DNA of 61,446 nt, the filler included. It is 5 parts of 5 records of this genome, joined end to end, with 100 filler letters (N's around TTAATTAATTAA, not from the genome) between each part and the next. Parts side by side here need not be neighbours in the genome. Positions count along the whole stretch, not along the records: positions 1 to 16,565 come from SRR31156797_949; 4 more parts are not named here. One strand, given 5' to 3'. Position 1 is the stretch's first letter; each line of letters opens with the position of its first letter. The notes under the pieces are model-generated. The model was not told where the DNA came from. It did no database searches and saw only the letters and a program-made list of their open reading frames with translations. The position numbers were made by a program, and so were the translations under genes. This document shows, one piece after another, positions 1 to 9,369 of this stretch.

Positions 1-1
1 A

Positions 2-1744
2 CTGGATTGCCGGGCAAGAATCCTACTGATCAATGCAAGAGCGGGAACCGGAAAAACCAGCACGCTCAAGATGCTCGCATCCGCGCATCTCCATAAAAAA
101 ATCCTTTACTTGGTATTCAATCGGAAGGCCCGGGATGAAGCCCGTTTGAAGTTTCCCGGGAATGTAACGGCAACCACCGTTCATTCATTAGCACTCTCAA
201 GGAGCCGGAACCGGAGGGCGGGCCGGTTCGGGAACTTTACGCCAACTGACATGCTCCCGGCATTCAGAGGAGAGAAAAATGCTCAGCAGCTAGCCGCTTT
301 GAGCCACGAATTCACAACATTTTACATGAATTCCCCGATTCGAGAAATCGAGAGTGCCATGGAGATCTTTCACGGGCAACACCTCAATCGTGTAAGCGGT
401 GAACTGAAGAATGCCATAAGTAGAAATCCGGACAAGGTCATGGAGGCGAGCAGGGATATCTTGAACCTTTGGCGCCGGAAGGAAAGACCGTACCCGCATG
501 ATTTTTATTTGAAGCTTTTTCATAGGAACGGTGACTTCCACAAGACTCTCAACGACTTTGATATGGTGCTGGTTGACGAAGGACAGGACCTGTCTCCCAT
601 CATGCTGGATGCTCTGGGGCACTGCACCAAGCGGATCGTGATCGTTGGCGATACCCACCAGCAGATTTACAGCTTCCGCTACGCCACCGATGCCATGGAG
701 CAATTCGCTTCCGATGAAAAGCTGGAACTCACCATGAGTTTCCGGTTCGGTGAAAAAATCGCAGGCATCGCATCAGAGTTCATCAGATCGGCCAAGAGTG
801 ACCGGGTTTTTCAAATAAGGGGTAACCCCGGGAAAGCGTCGAGGGTGGGCATCTACACAAAACTCCCACATCCTGAGAGCAACCGGCGATGTGCTATCCT
901 GACCAGGACAAACCTCGCGCTGTTCGAGCAGGCCCTGCGGCTTAAATCAAGGAGAATCCACTTCACTCTGGAAGGGAATATCCGCTCGGTTCTCCACGAC
1001 ATATTGGATATCCATCGGCTTTCCAGTGACGACCGCAGCAGGATTCGCAATCCGTTAATTGAATCTTTCCAAGATATGGCGGCCCTAGAAAAATATGCAG
1101 GCGACTTGGATGATTTTCAGCTCACGGGTAAAATAAAGGTGGTCAAGGATTACGCGCGTCATTTACCCGACGCCGTTTTTGAAATTTTGAAGATCTCTAA
1201 AGAGGGTGATAAACATGCAGCCGGCCCGAGCATCACGCTTACAACGGTCCATGGCGCCAAAGGACAGGAATACGACGATGTTTATATTGACCGGGATATC
1301 TCCGCAGCCCTTTCAAAATCTGAAGGTCCATGGAACAGGACTTTTAATGATGACGCCAATATCGCATATGTGGCTTTCACCCGGGCCATCCAAAACCTCT
1401 ACCTGCACCAGGATTTCGCAACCATTCTCTCGCCTGAATGGCAGGCGGCCGTCAGGCAGTACAAACCGGCGGCTCGGTCTTCGAAATATTTCGAAAGCAG
1501 CCGGGGCAGCCTGCCCAACGGGTTTTCCCAGGATCGTCACAACCGTCCTCTGCCACAAAGGCCTTTACCCGGGCTTCGACGACCCCAGCCCCCGCCAAAA
1601 AGGACCTTTACGGAGGGTGACCGGGTTCAGACCAATCATGGTGCCGGTACGGTAATCGAGGTTGAGGGCGAGAAATATCTGATCGATCTTGACGGGCAAG
1701 CGGCAAAACTGTGGCAGAGGGCCTGGGCCATGAAGAAGGCATGA
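2..1744 (+). CDS. UvrD/REP-family (SF1) DNA helicase, 5'-truncated by the window edge, with a C-terminal Tudor/KOW-like domain
   Basis: The frame is open from nt 2 and includes Walker A ARAGTGKT upstream of the ORF-track ATG at 71. Also present: VFNRKAR (Ia), TVHSLA, DEGQD (II), VGDTHQQIYSFR (III), SFRF (IV), TVHGAKGQEYD (V), YVAFTRA (VI). Confidence 0.9.
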   Translation: MDCRARILLINARAGTGKTSTLKMLASAHLHKKILYLVFNRKARDEARLKFPGNVTATTVHSLALSRSRNRRAGRFGNFTPTDMLPAFRGEKNAQQLAALSHEFTTFYMNSPIREIESAMEIFHGQHLNRVSGELKNAISRNPDKVMEASRDILNLWRRKERPYPHDFYLKLFHRNGDFHKTLNDFDMVLVDEGQDLSPIMLDALGHCTKRIVIVGDTHQQIYSFRYATDAMEQFASDEKLELTMSFRFGEKIAGIASEFIRSAKSDRVFQIRGNPGKASRVGIYTKLPHPESNRRCAILTRTNLALFEQALRLKSRRIHFTLEGNIRSVLHDILDIHRLSSDDRSRIRNPLIESFQDMAALEKYAGDLDDFQLTGKIKVVKDYARHLPDAVFEILKISKEGDKHAAGPSITLTTVHGAKGQEYDDVYIDRDISAALSKSEGPWNRTFNDDANIAYVAFTRAIQNLYLHQDFATILSPEWQAAVRQYKPAARSSKYFESSRGSLPNGFSQDRHNRPLPQRPLPGLRRPQPPPKRTFTEGDRVQTNHGAGTVIEVEGEKYLIDLDGQAAKLWQRAWAMKKA

Positions 1745-1876
1745 TCCCTCCTATTCACGTTAATCCGGAGCATGTTGTCCCTCATGTTTCTTGACAAGCA
1801 CCTCTTTTTCGTAACATAGTGACATCCAAATAGCCTATGGGGTGTACGGGACCACCATAGCCGGGAAGGGGGTACA

Positions 1877-4800
1877 ATGCTAAAAAAAGCCGTTATCGTC
1901 CTGCTGATCGGCCTGTCCGTCTTTTCCGTACTGCACTTTGTCTCTTCACAAACGCGGCTTTTCCTGGGAATCGAACGAAATCTGCTAAACGGCCTCTTTT
2001 TCATGCGGGAGCCCGATGTTCACGAACCCAACCCCCTGGTATCCCGGGAGGTCATCCTCCTGGGATTTGATGAGGATGCCATCGCATCCATCGGGAAATG
2101 GCCCTGGAAACGCGACGTCCATGCGCAAATGCTCAACAACCTGGAGAAATTTTCCCCAAGAACCGTCATGTTTGATGTGGTTTTCATCAAAAATGAAACC
2201 ATCCCCCCGTTTTTATCCAAAAAATTGACCGCTGAGCCGATCCTTCTAAGCAAGGTGGAAAAAGCCTTCAATGAAATGGACCGGGCGTTCTCTGAAGCCC
2301 TTGAAAAATATCACAATGTATTCCTGGACGTCCAGCTGGTGGAACATCCCAGGCCGGATCTTCCCAAAGCGTACCTGAACCGTATCCTTTTTAACGAGGA
2401 AATTTTAAAAGACTATTCGCTCCCCCTCAATGACAACCGAAGCCTCCTGGTATTTCATTCCCTGGAACCCGTTTTAAGTGAATTCATCTCCAGTGCCCAT
2501 CCGGCCATCGTCAATGTGCTTCCGGACGATGACGACGTCACCCGTATGTTCCCCCTTTACTATACCTACAAAATGAGTGACGGTACAATCCGGAACCTGT
2601 TTACCGCCACTCTGGCTTTGGTCCAGCGATATTACCGCGTGGCCAATAAAGATATTTCAATCAGCCGCGATAAAATCCTTCTTTCCGCTGCAAAAATACC
2701 CATCCTGAACCCACTGACGCACCAACTTGAACTGTTTGAAAGAGATTTTAAATGGCTGAAACACAAAATTTTAAACCCGGTTCCGCCTAAAAGTTACCAT
2801 TACAACCGGAATCTGTTCCGATTGGAGCTGAATCGTCTGAAAATGGAAACCGAAGAGAAAACCCCATCTTTTCCCCTCCATGTGCTCAAGGAGACGGCAG
2901 GTTTTGAAATTCTGGACGGTTGGGAGATTTTTCATGCGGCACAACAGGGTGACGCCGGAAAGATTCAGCTGGTTATTTACGAACGGGGCACAATAGAAAT
3001 CAAAACGCCGATTCCGGGATTCAGCCATATCAATTATTCAGGCACTGAAAAGCGGTATTCCATGGACGCTGAAACCGGATTTCCCAAGATGTTCAACACG
3101 GTGCCCACAATGAGCTACGGCAAAGTCTACACCATGGACCCTTTGCCCGAAATCCCACTGTTGGATGCTTCGGGTCGGATTCAAGAGGGTTATGATACGC
3201 GTGCCCTTGAAAAATGGTTTATGGCCTTTTGCGAGGAACAATCCTACCTTGCCTACAATCAGGCCGCCCGGGATCTGGGAGATGGGGCCCAGGATGAAAG
3301 CCGTTTGCAGGAATATTTGAATCGCCATTCCGAAAAAGGAAAATATTTTTTCTATTCATACTATTTCATGAACAGCCATGCGCCGCCTGGGCTTTTGCGG
3401 ACCCTGGTTGACCAGTACCCTTCATTTGGAACGGAAGCGGGGCAGGACCGGGAAGATTTTTTAAGTGAAAAGTTGGTGATACAAAACCTCATGGATGCAT
3501 ATGGGGTGCAGTTCCGGCGATATTACAATAAATTTGTTTTCGCGGGAGCAACGGCCCGAATTCTGGGAGATATCCAACAGACACCCTACGGCGCCATGAA
3601 CGGTATCAACACCCTGATCAACTCATTTAATACGGTCATTACCCGAAACGAGCTGACCCTCTCTTCCCATATCCCCGATTTTGATTTACTTGTACTGTTG
3701 GGGTTTTGCATTTTTTGCTGTTTTGTTTACGGTTTTACCAGTATCCGCGTGAGCAGCGGTATCTTCATCACACTCATTCTGGGAACCCTGTTTTTCAGTT
3801 TCGCTCTTTTCAGTATCAAAAACGTAATTTTAACCACCACGCCTCTGGTCTTTTCCAATATCCTGATTTTCGGCGGCGTCATCGTGCTCAAAGTTATGAC
3901 GGAACAAAAAGACAAGAAATTCTTGAAAACCACTTTTTCCAGCTACCTTGCCCCTGAAATCATCGACGAAATGTACAAAAACAAGACCATGCCGACCCTG
4001 GGGGGAGAGGCCCGGCCCATTACCGCCTATTTCACCGATATTCAAAGCTTTTCCACCTTTTCCGAAAAATTGACCGCCGATCAGTTGGTGGAATTGATCA
4101 ACGAGTACCTTTCAGCCATGACGGATATCCTCATCAACGAAATGGGGACCCTGGACAAATACGAGGGGGATGCCATTATCGCTTTTTTCGGGGCGCCCAT
4201 GGATGTTCCCGACCACGCCCTCAGGGCGTGCCGAGTGGCCGTTTCCATGCAGCAGGCGCTCACGGGCCTTTGTAAAAGATGGAAACATGAAAAACAGGAT
4301 CCCCATGATCCGGATCGCAATACCAAAGGCCTTGGGCCCACGGAATGGAAACCGGGCGATAGGTGGCCCTTAATCGTTCATTCCATGAAGATGCGCATCG
4401 GGATTAATACGGGGGAAATCGTGGTGGGGAACATGGGAAGCGCCATGCGCATGAACTACACCATGATGGGGGATCCCGTGAACCTGGCCGCAAGATTGGA
4501 GGAGGCCGGCAAACAGTACGGCGTGTACATCCTGGTGAGTGAAGAGACCTTGAAGATGGAAATAACCGACCATGACGGTAACGTAAAACAAGTGCTCGAC
4601 ATGGTGGAAGTCCGCTTCATTGACACCATTGCCGTGGTGGGAAAATCCGAACCGGTTCGGGTCTATGAACTCTGTGCCATGAAAGGCGACCTGACCGCAA
4701 AGGAAAAAGATTTAATGAAACTGTTTGATCGGGGAATGGACCATTACCTCAATATGGAGTGGGGCCCGGCCATGGCGGTTTTTGAAAAGACGGCTGAAAT

Positions 4801-4930
4801 GGAACGGATTCCGGATGGAAAAACCACGCCGAGCCGGGTTTACATGGACCGTTGCCGGGCCTTTCAAGTAAATCCGCCGGTAGCACCCGATGAGACGTGG
4901 GACGGTGTTTGCCGATTGACAAAAAAATAA
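1877..4930 (+). CDS. CHASE2-domain membrane class III adenylate cyclase
   Basis: N-terminal TM, CHASE2 motifs (GKWPWKR, FDVVF, DDDDVTR) and three TM helices. Cyclase motifs FTDIQSF, DKYEGD (Lys, ATP-specifying), IGINTG, NYTMMGDPVNLAARLE and VVGKSEPV, followed by a C-terminal helical cap ending WDGV. Confidence 0.92.
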   Translation: MLKKAVIVLLIGLSVFSVLHFVSSQTRLFLGIERNLLNGLFFMREPDVHEPNPLVSREVILLGFDEDAIASIGKWPWKRDVHAQMLNNLEKFSPRTVMFDVVFIKNETIPPFLSKKLTAEPILLSKVEKAFNEMDRAFSEALEKYHNVFLDVQLVEHPRPDLPKAYLNRILFNEEILKDYSLPLNDNRSLLVFHSLEPVLSEFISSAHPAIVNVLPDDDDVTRMFPLYYTYKMSDGTIRNLFTATLALVQRYYRVANKDISISRDKILLSAAKIPILNPLTHQLELFERDFKWLKHKILNPVPPKSYHYNRNLFRLELNRLKMETEEKTPSFPLHVLKETAGFEILDGWEIFHAAQQGDAGKIQLVIYERGTIEIKTPIPGFSHINYSGTEKRYSMDAETGFPKMFNTVPTMSYGKVYTMDPLPEIPLLDASGRIQEGYDTRALEKWFMAFCEEQSYLAYNQAARDLGDGAQDESRLQEYLNRHSEKGKYFFYSYYFMNSHAPPGLLRTLVDQYPSFGTEAGQDREDFLSEKLVIQNLMDAYGVQFRRYYNKFVFAGATARILGDIQQTPYGAMNGINTLINSFNTVITRNELTLSSHIPDFDLLVLLGFCIFCCFVYGFTSIRVSSGIFITLILGTLFFSFALFSIKNVILTTTPLVFSNILIFGGVIVLKVMTEQKDKKFLKTTFSSYLAPEIIDEMYKNKTMPTLGGEARPITAYFTDIQSFSTFSEKLTADQLVELINEYLSAMTDILINEMGTLDKYEGDAIIAFFGAPMDVPDHALRACRVAVSMQQALTGLCKRWKHEKQDPHDPDRNTKGLGPTEWKPGDRWPLIVHSMKMRIGINTGEIVVGNMGSAMRMNYTMMGDPVNLAARLEEAGKQYGVYILVSEETLKMEITDHDGNVKQVLDMVEVRFIDTIAVVGKSEPVRVYELCAMKGDLTAKEKDLMKLFDRGMDHYLNMEWGPAMAVFEKTAEMERIPDGKTTPSRVYMDRCRAFQVNPPVAPDETWDGVCRLTKK

Positions 4931-5023
4931 CCCCCCGTCGATATTTATGGTGATTTTTAGGTTCTGATGTTCTAATTTGGAGTCCCTTTTGAAAAGACTT
5001 ATTTAGAATCCCCTGGAGAAAAC

Positions 5024-6523
5024 ATGCAGGAAGATCGAATCCGTTATCAACCTTTATTGAAGAAAATCACCGATCCCGCCACGGCGGCCCGGCATATTCA
5101 GGATGGCACCAACCTGTTTATTTCCGGATTTACGGCGGGCTACCCCAAATTGATCCCCAGGGAGTTGGCCAAACGGGCAAAGGATGGAGAACACTTTAAA
5201 ATAAACCTGTTTGCCGGGGCCTCCACGGGGGATGCCGTTGACAGGATCCTGGCGGAGGCCGGCATTGTCAAATGGCGGAGGCCCTACATGAGTGATCGGT
5301 TCATGCGCCGAATGATCAATGAAGGGGAAATCGCATTCAAGGATGACCACCTTTCCAGCCTCTCCTCACAAGTCAGGGCCGGAGACTGGGGGGACGCCCA
5401 TGTGGCGGTTGTGGAGGCGGTTGCCATCACTGAAAAGGGGGCGTTGATACCGACCATGTCAGTGGGCAACACGCCCACCTATGTAAAGGCGGCACAAAAA
5501 ATAATCATTGAGTTGACCAATTGCGAACCCCCTGAGCTGGAAGGTATTCACGATATTTTCATCCCCGAAGACCCACCCTATCGAATGCCCATCCCCATAT
5601 ATCGGGCCGCGGATCGCATCGGAAAACCGGTTATCGACATGGATCCCGACCGGGTGGTGGCCATCCTTTTTCACGATCAGCAGGACAGTTGCCCGGTCTT
5701 TACGGCACCGGATCGCGTTTCCAGACTCATTGCCGAACAGATCCTGGATTTTGTCCGGCACGAGATAAAGAAAGGCCGGCTCCCCCACGGACTTCCGTGG
5801 CAGGCCGGCGTGGGCCAAGTGGCCAACGCGGTGCTGGGCGGGTTTATGGACGACACCTTTTTCAACAACCTGGAATTATACTCGGAAGTGCTGCAAGACA
5901 GCGTTCTGGACCTGATTGACATGGGGAAGGTAAGGGCCGCCTCCGGTTCCGCCTTGACACTGTCTGAAAAAGCGCGAATCCGTTTCTTTAACGAGCTTTA
6001 CCGCTACAGGGAAAAAATTGTTCTTCGCCCGGTGGAAATCTCCAATTCGCCGGAAGTCATCGGCAGACTGGGTGTTCTGGCCATCAATACGGCCATGGAA
6101 ATCGATATTTACGGACACGCCAATTCAACCCATGTGATGGGCTCTCACCTGATGAACGGTGTCGGGGGGTCGGGCGACTACATGCGTAACGGCGCCGTCA
6201 CCTTTATGGTCACACCTTCCACCACGAAGAAGGGCTGCATCTCCGCCATCGTACCCATGGTTCCCCATGTGGATCACTCCGAACATTCGGTCAACATCAT
6301 TGTTACGGAAAACGGCCTGGTGGATACCCGGCCCCTTACCCCGAAACAGACGGCCGAGCAGGTGATTAAGCGGTGTGCCCATCCCGATTACCGGGACATC
6401 CTCTGGGACTATTACCAGAGGGCCCTGAAACAGCGGGGCGGGCATGAACCGCAACTATTGGGTGAGGCCTTTTCTTTTCACCAGCGGTTTATGGAAACCG
6501 GCCATATGAAGGTTGGTCCATAG
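5024..6523 (+). CDS. Acetyl-CoA hydrolase/transferase family protein (succinyl-CoA:acetate CoA-transferase-like)
   Basis: SGFTAGYPK, GASTG, QAGVG, YSEVLQD, EIDIYGHANS, NGVGGSGD and DHSEH motifs. Confidence 0.9.
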   Translation: MQEDRIRYQPLLKKITDPATAARHIQDGTNLFISGFTAGYPKLIPRELAKRAKDGEHFKINLFAGASTGDAVDRILAEAGIVKWRRPYMSDRFMRRMINEGEIAFKDDHLSSLSSQVRAGDWGDAHVAVVEAVAITEKGALIPTMSVGNTPTYVKAAQKIIIELTNCEPPELEGIHDIFIPEDPPYRMPIPIYRAADRIGKPVIDMDPDRVVAILFHDQQDSCPVFTAPDRVSRLIAEQILDFVRHEIKKGRLPHGLPWQAGVGQVANAVLGGFMDDTFFNNLELYSEVLQDSVLDLIDMGKVRAASGSALTLSEKARIRFFNELYRYREKIVLRPVEISNSPEVIGRLGVLAINTAMEIDIYGHANSTHVMGSHLMNGVGGSGDYMRNGAVTFMVTPSTTKKGCISAIVPMVPHVDHSEHSVNIIVTENGLVDTRPLTPKQTAEQVIKRCAHPDYRDILWDYYQRALKQRGGHEPQLLGEAFSFHQRFMETGHMKVGP

Positions 6524-6549
6524 AGATGAGAATGAAAGAGAGGAATGAA

Positions 6550-7401
6550 ATGAAATTAAAATGTTTGGGATTGGTATTTTCATTCATGGGGTTCATGTTG
6601 TTTGCCGGGGTATCGACCCCTTTTGCGGGGGTGAATATGGATCTTCAGCAAAAGCTGACCCTGGAGAATCCGCCTCTGGATGTGGTGGCATCACCGGATG
6701 GAAAATTCATATTCGTGTTGACGGACACGGGAGATATTTCCGTGTTTGACCGAAAAGGGATTCTGCAAAACAAAATTCATGTGGGAGATGAGGTGGATCA
6801 GATCAAAATGGATCCCCAGGGGGATCGACTCTTCGTCGCCAGTCGTTCGAAAAAGACCATCCAGGTCATCGGCCTGGATTTTTTTGTGGAGATCGACACG
6901 GCGGATTCACCCACCAAAGGTCCCCGGAATGCGCCGGTGGTGTTAGCTGTTTTCAGCGATTTCCAGTGACCCTATTGTGCCAGGCTAAAGCCTGAACTTG
7001 AGCAGTTGCTCAAGCAATACCCGAAATCGGTCAAGGTCGTCTTCAAGAATTTTCCGTTGAGTAGTCACAAGTTCGCCATAAAGGCCGCGGCGGCCGCCCT
7101 TGCCGCGGAGTGCCAGGGAAAATTCTGGGCATTCCATGACGAACTGTTTAAACACTACAGGAATCTCAACGACAAAAAAATCCTCGATGTGGCCCGGAAA
7201 GTGGGGTTAAATGAAGCCCAGTTCAACAAAGACCGCCAAAATCCGGAAATACTGGCAAAAGTCAACCGGGACCATGAGGAAGGGCAGAAGATCGAGGTAA
7301 GGGGTATACCGGCGATCTTCTTGAACGGCAGGCGTATCAAAAACCGGGATATCAAAAAACTTCCGAGCATGGTGGCAAAAGAGCTTAAAAAAGCCCAATA
7401 A
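6550..7401 (+). CDS. Secreted DsbA/thioredoxin-fold selenoprotein (UPYC active site) with an N-terminal beta-propeller-like fragment
   Basis: ORFs 6526-6969 and 7006-7401 share a frame, and the only interruption is TGA 6967-6969. Read-through gives FSDFQ-U-PYCARLKPELEQLLKQYP. GPRNAPV, FKNFPL, QGKFW and the cis-Pro motif GIP are DsbA hallmarks. Signal peptide from ATG 6550. Confidence 0.88.
6981..7014 (+). promoter_or_regulatory. Candidate bacterial SECIS element
   Basis: Two perfect hairpins follow the UGA: CAGGC-TAAA-GCCTG (6981-6994) and CTTGAGC-AGTT-GCTCAAG (6997-7014, G at loop position 2). Confidence 0.55.
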
Positions 7402-7408
7402 ATTCCAT

Positions 7409-8131
7409 TCATGCACCGACGTTCTCAATACCCATTTGGGAAAACTCCTTTAAGATGCAATCTTCCCAGCCCCTGTTGGCTTTCGGGTTTGCCGGGCTGG
7501 GGTGGGTAATCCGGCCTAACGATACATCAAGCCCACTCAAAGCCGCTTTTGCACGATCCGCTGCGAATGCGCCGATCCCCACCACATGGCGCGGCTGAAA
7601 ATAGAGCACCGTTTCACGCAGTGCCTGATCACAAGGGGCAAGAAGCGGTTTTCGTTCGACCATGGGAATCTGGGTCGGCGTTCGATTCCGGCCACTCTCC
7701 TCCAGAAACATGAGGGGGCAATAGTTGGCCACGAAGAAACGGGTGAAAAAATTTTCAGGGGTCCCAAAGGTGTTTTTCGCCCAACCCCAAAGCCGTTTCC
7801 CGCTGACTTCACGCCGTTTACACGAAAATCCTTCAACGGGTCGCTTGGGATGAAACGTCCCAGGCGTTCCCCGGTGTGGTTTTATCCCCATCCAATCCCT
7901 TACAGCCGATATTTCGCCGAATGGGATGCCGGTCTGGACCATGCCCCAGGGACCCGGATTCATACCCAGCAGGAGCACCTCCTTCGGTTTCCCCCCGTAT
8001 CTTTTAAGATATTCATCATAGGCTGATCTCGCATATTTGAGGGGATTGTAAATATGCGTCACAGGATCACTGAATTCCAGTGATTCCAATGCTTTTAAAA
8101 GATCGTCGGAAATCCTGAATAGATTCTGCAT
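7409..8131 (-). CDS. SMUG1-type (family 3) uracil-DNA glycosylase
   Basis: GMNPGPWGMVQTGIPFG, REVSGKRLW, NYCPLMF and HPSPANP motifs. Start placed at MQNLF (8131), after AAGGAG. Confidence 0.9.
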   Translation of the reverse strand: MQNLFRISDDLLKALESLEFSDPVTHIYNPLKYARSAYDEYLKRYGGKPKEVLLLGMNPGPWGMVQTGIPFGEISAVRDWMGIKPHRGTPGTFHPKRPVEGFSCKRREVSGKRLWGWAKNTFGTPENFFTRFFVANYCPLMFLEESGRNRTPTQIPMVERKPLLAPCDQALRETVLYFQPRHVVGIGAFAADRAKAALSGLDVSLGRITHPSPANPKANRGWEDCILKEFSQMGIENVGA

Positions 8132-8303
8132 ATATGCTCCTTGAGCCATCAAAAAGGCCCTCTGGGAAATACTGTTTTTTCATCACAATCGTTGACAACA
8201 TTCTCCTAAACCGGTATTTGTGGTAGTTAGTATTATGTCAGGTTCACCCCGCCCGGTTAACAGTATCGTTTATTGTCATTTCATTCAAGAAAAGGAGGAT
8301 ACC

Positions 8304-8495
8304 ATGAAAGTCGTCATATCAAGTCAGTGCATGGGAGATCGGAATTGCAATGATCTTTGTCCGCAAGTGTTTGAATACGATGAAAACGAATTGAAATCAA
8401 TGGTGAAAGTTGATGAAATCCCCCAACAGTATGAAGAGATTGTCCGGCGTGCGGCCGAGGAATGCGGTGCTGACGCCATTGAGATCATTGAATAA
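8304..8495 (+). CDS. Single-cluster ferredoxin (CxxDxxCxxxCP)
   Basis: AGGAGG RBS before ATG 8304. MKVVISSQCMGDRNCNDLCPQVFEY...AAEECGADAIEIIE, 63 aa. Confidence 0.88.
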   Translation: MKVVISSQCMGDRNCNDLCPQVFEYDENELKSMVKVDEIPQQYEEIVRRAAEECGADAIEIIE

Positions 8496-8507
8496 GGGAG
8501 GGAATCG

Positions 8508-8906
8508 ATGGCATACGACCGTGGAGGAGATTCCGGCTTTTTTAAGGGCTTCCTGTTCGGCGGCCTTGTCGGTGCGGTTGCCGCACTGCTCTTTGCCCCC
8601 AAGACAGGCAGGGAAATGCGCGAAGACATTTCCAAACGAAGCAGGGAAATGAAAGATGAAGTTGAATTAAAACTGGTACAAGCGGTAAAAAGGGCAGAGG
8701 ACCTTCTCGCTGAAAGCCAACAAAAGCTCGAACATTTCAGAAACGAGGCAACCGCCGGCCTGAAGAACCTGGAAGAATCGGCTACATCGAAATATGCGGA
8801 AGGGAAAGATGCCATAAAAAGCGAAAAAGGGCGCATCAAAGAAGCAATCCATGCCGGCGTGGCCGCTTACAAGGATGAGAAAGAATCGAAATCGGGCTTG
8901 AGTTAG
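8508..8906 (+). CDS. YtxH-domain protein
   Basis: [31 protein letters not shown] signature followed by a coiled region. Confidence 0.88.
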   Translation: MAYDRGGDSGFFKGFLFGGLVGAVAALLFAPKTGREMREDISKRSREMKDEVELKLVQAVKRAEDLLAESQQKLEHFRNEATAGLKNLEESATSKYAEGKDAIKSEKGRIKEAIHAGVAAYKDEKESKSGLS

Positions 8907-8908
8907 GT

Positions 8909-9301
8909 ATGGGCGCCATGGATATTTCCACCAGCATTGCGTTGATCGCCGGGCTGTTTCTGATCAATACCATTTTCCTGGTGGTATTTCTGGTTAAGGC
9001 TTTCAAAGCGTTTTCGGAAGCACGGAAACTCTTTGAGGCGGCCAGGATGCAACTTGTGCCCATCAGCCATGATGTCACCCGGATTACCACTGAAGTAAAA
9101 GGGATACTCACCTCCGTTCAAAAAGATATGGAGAAGGTCGGCGACAGTCTGGATCATATCAGGGACACCACTCGCAATTTGAAGGAATTCGAATACATGA
9201 TTCAAGAACGGATTCAGGAACCGCTCCTGGAAATAACGGCCCTCTTGTCGGCTCTGGTCAAGGGGGGGCGGGTTTTCTGGCGGACCCTGACCCGAAAATA
9301 G
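8909..9301 (+). CDS. DUF948/YtxG-like membrane-anchored coiled-coil protein
   Basis: N-terminal TM plus amphipathic coiled coil, 2 nt downstream of the YtxH gene (a usual partner). Confidence 0.6.
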   Translation: MGAMDISTSIALIAGLFLINTIFLVVFLVKAFKAFSEARKLFEAARMQLVPISHDVTRITTEVKGILTSVQKDMEKVGDSLDHIRDTTRNLKEFEYMIQERIQEPLLEITALLSALVKGGRVFWRTLTRK

Positions 9302-9369
9302 TTACCTACTCTTCCTCTCATTCCCACGCTGGCGTATGGGAACCAGATGGGGAGCCTCAAAATCTGTCC

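Noticed and set aside
7006-7401. Stand-alone 131-aa DsbA fragment starting at TTG
   Set aside because: It has no convincing RBS and lacks the active site. It is better explained as the 3' part of the UGA read-through gene.
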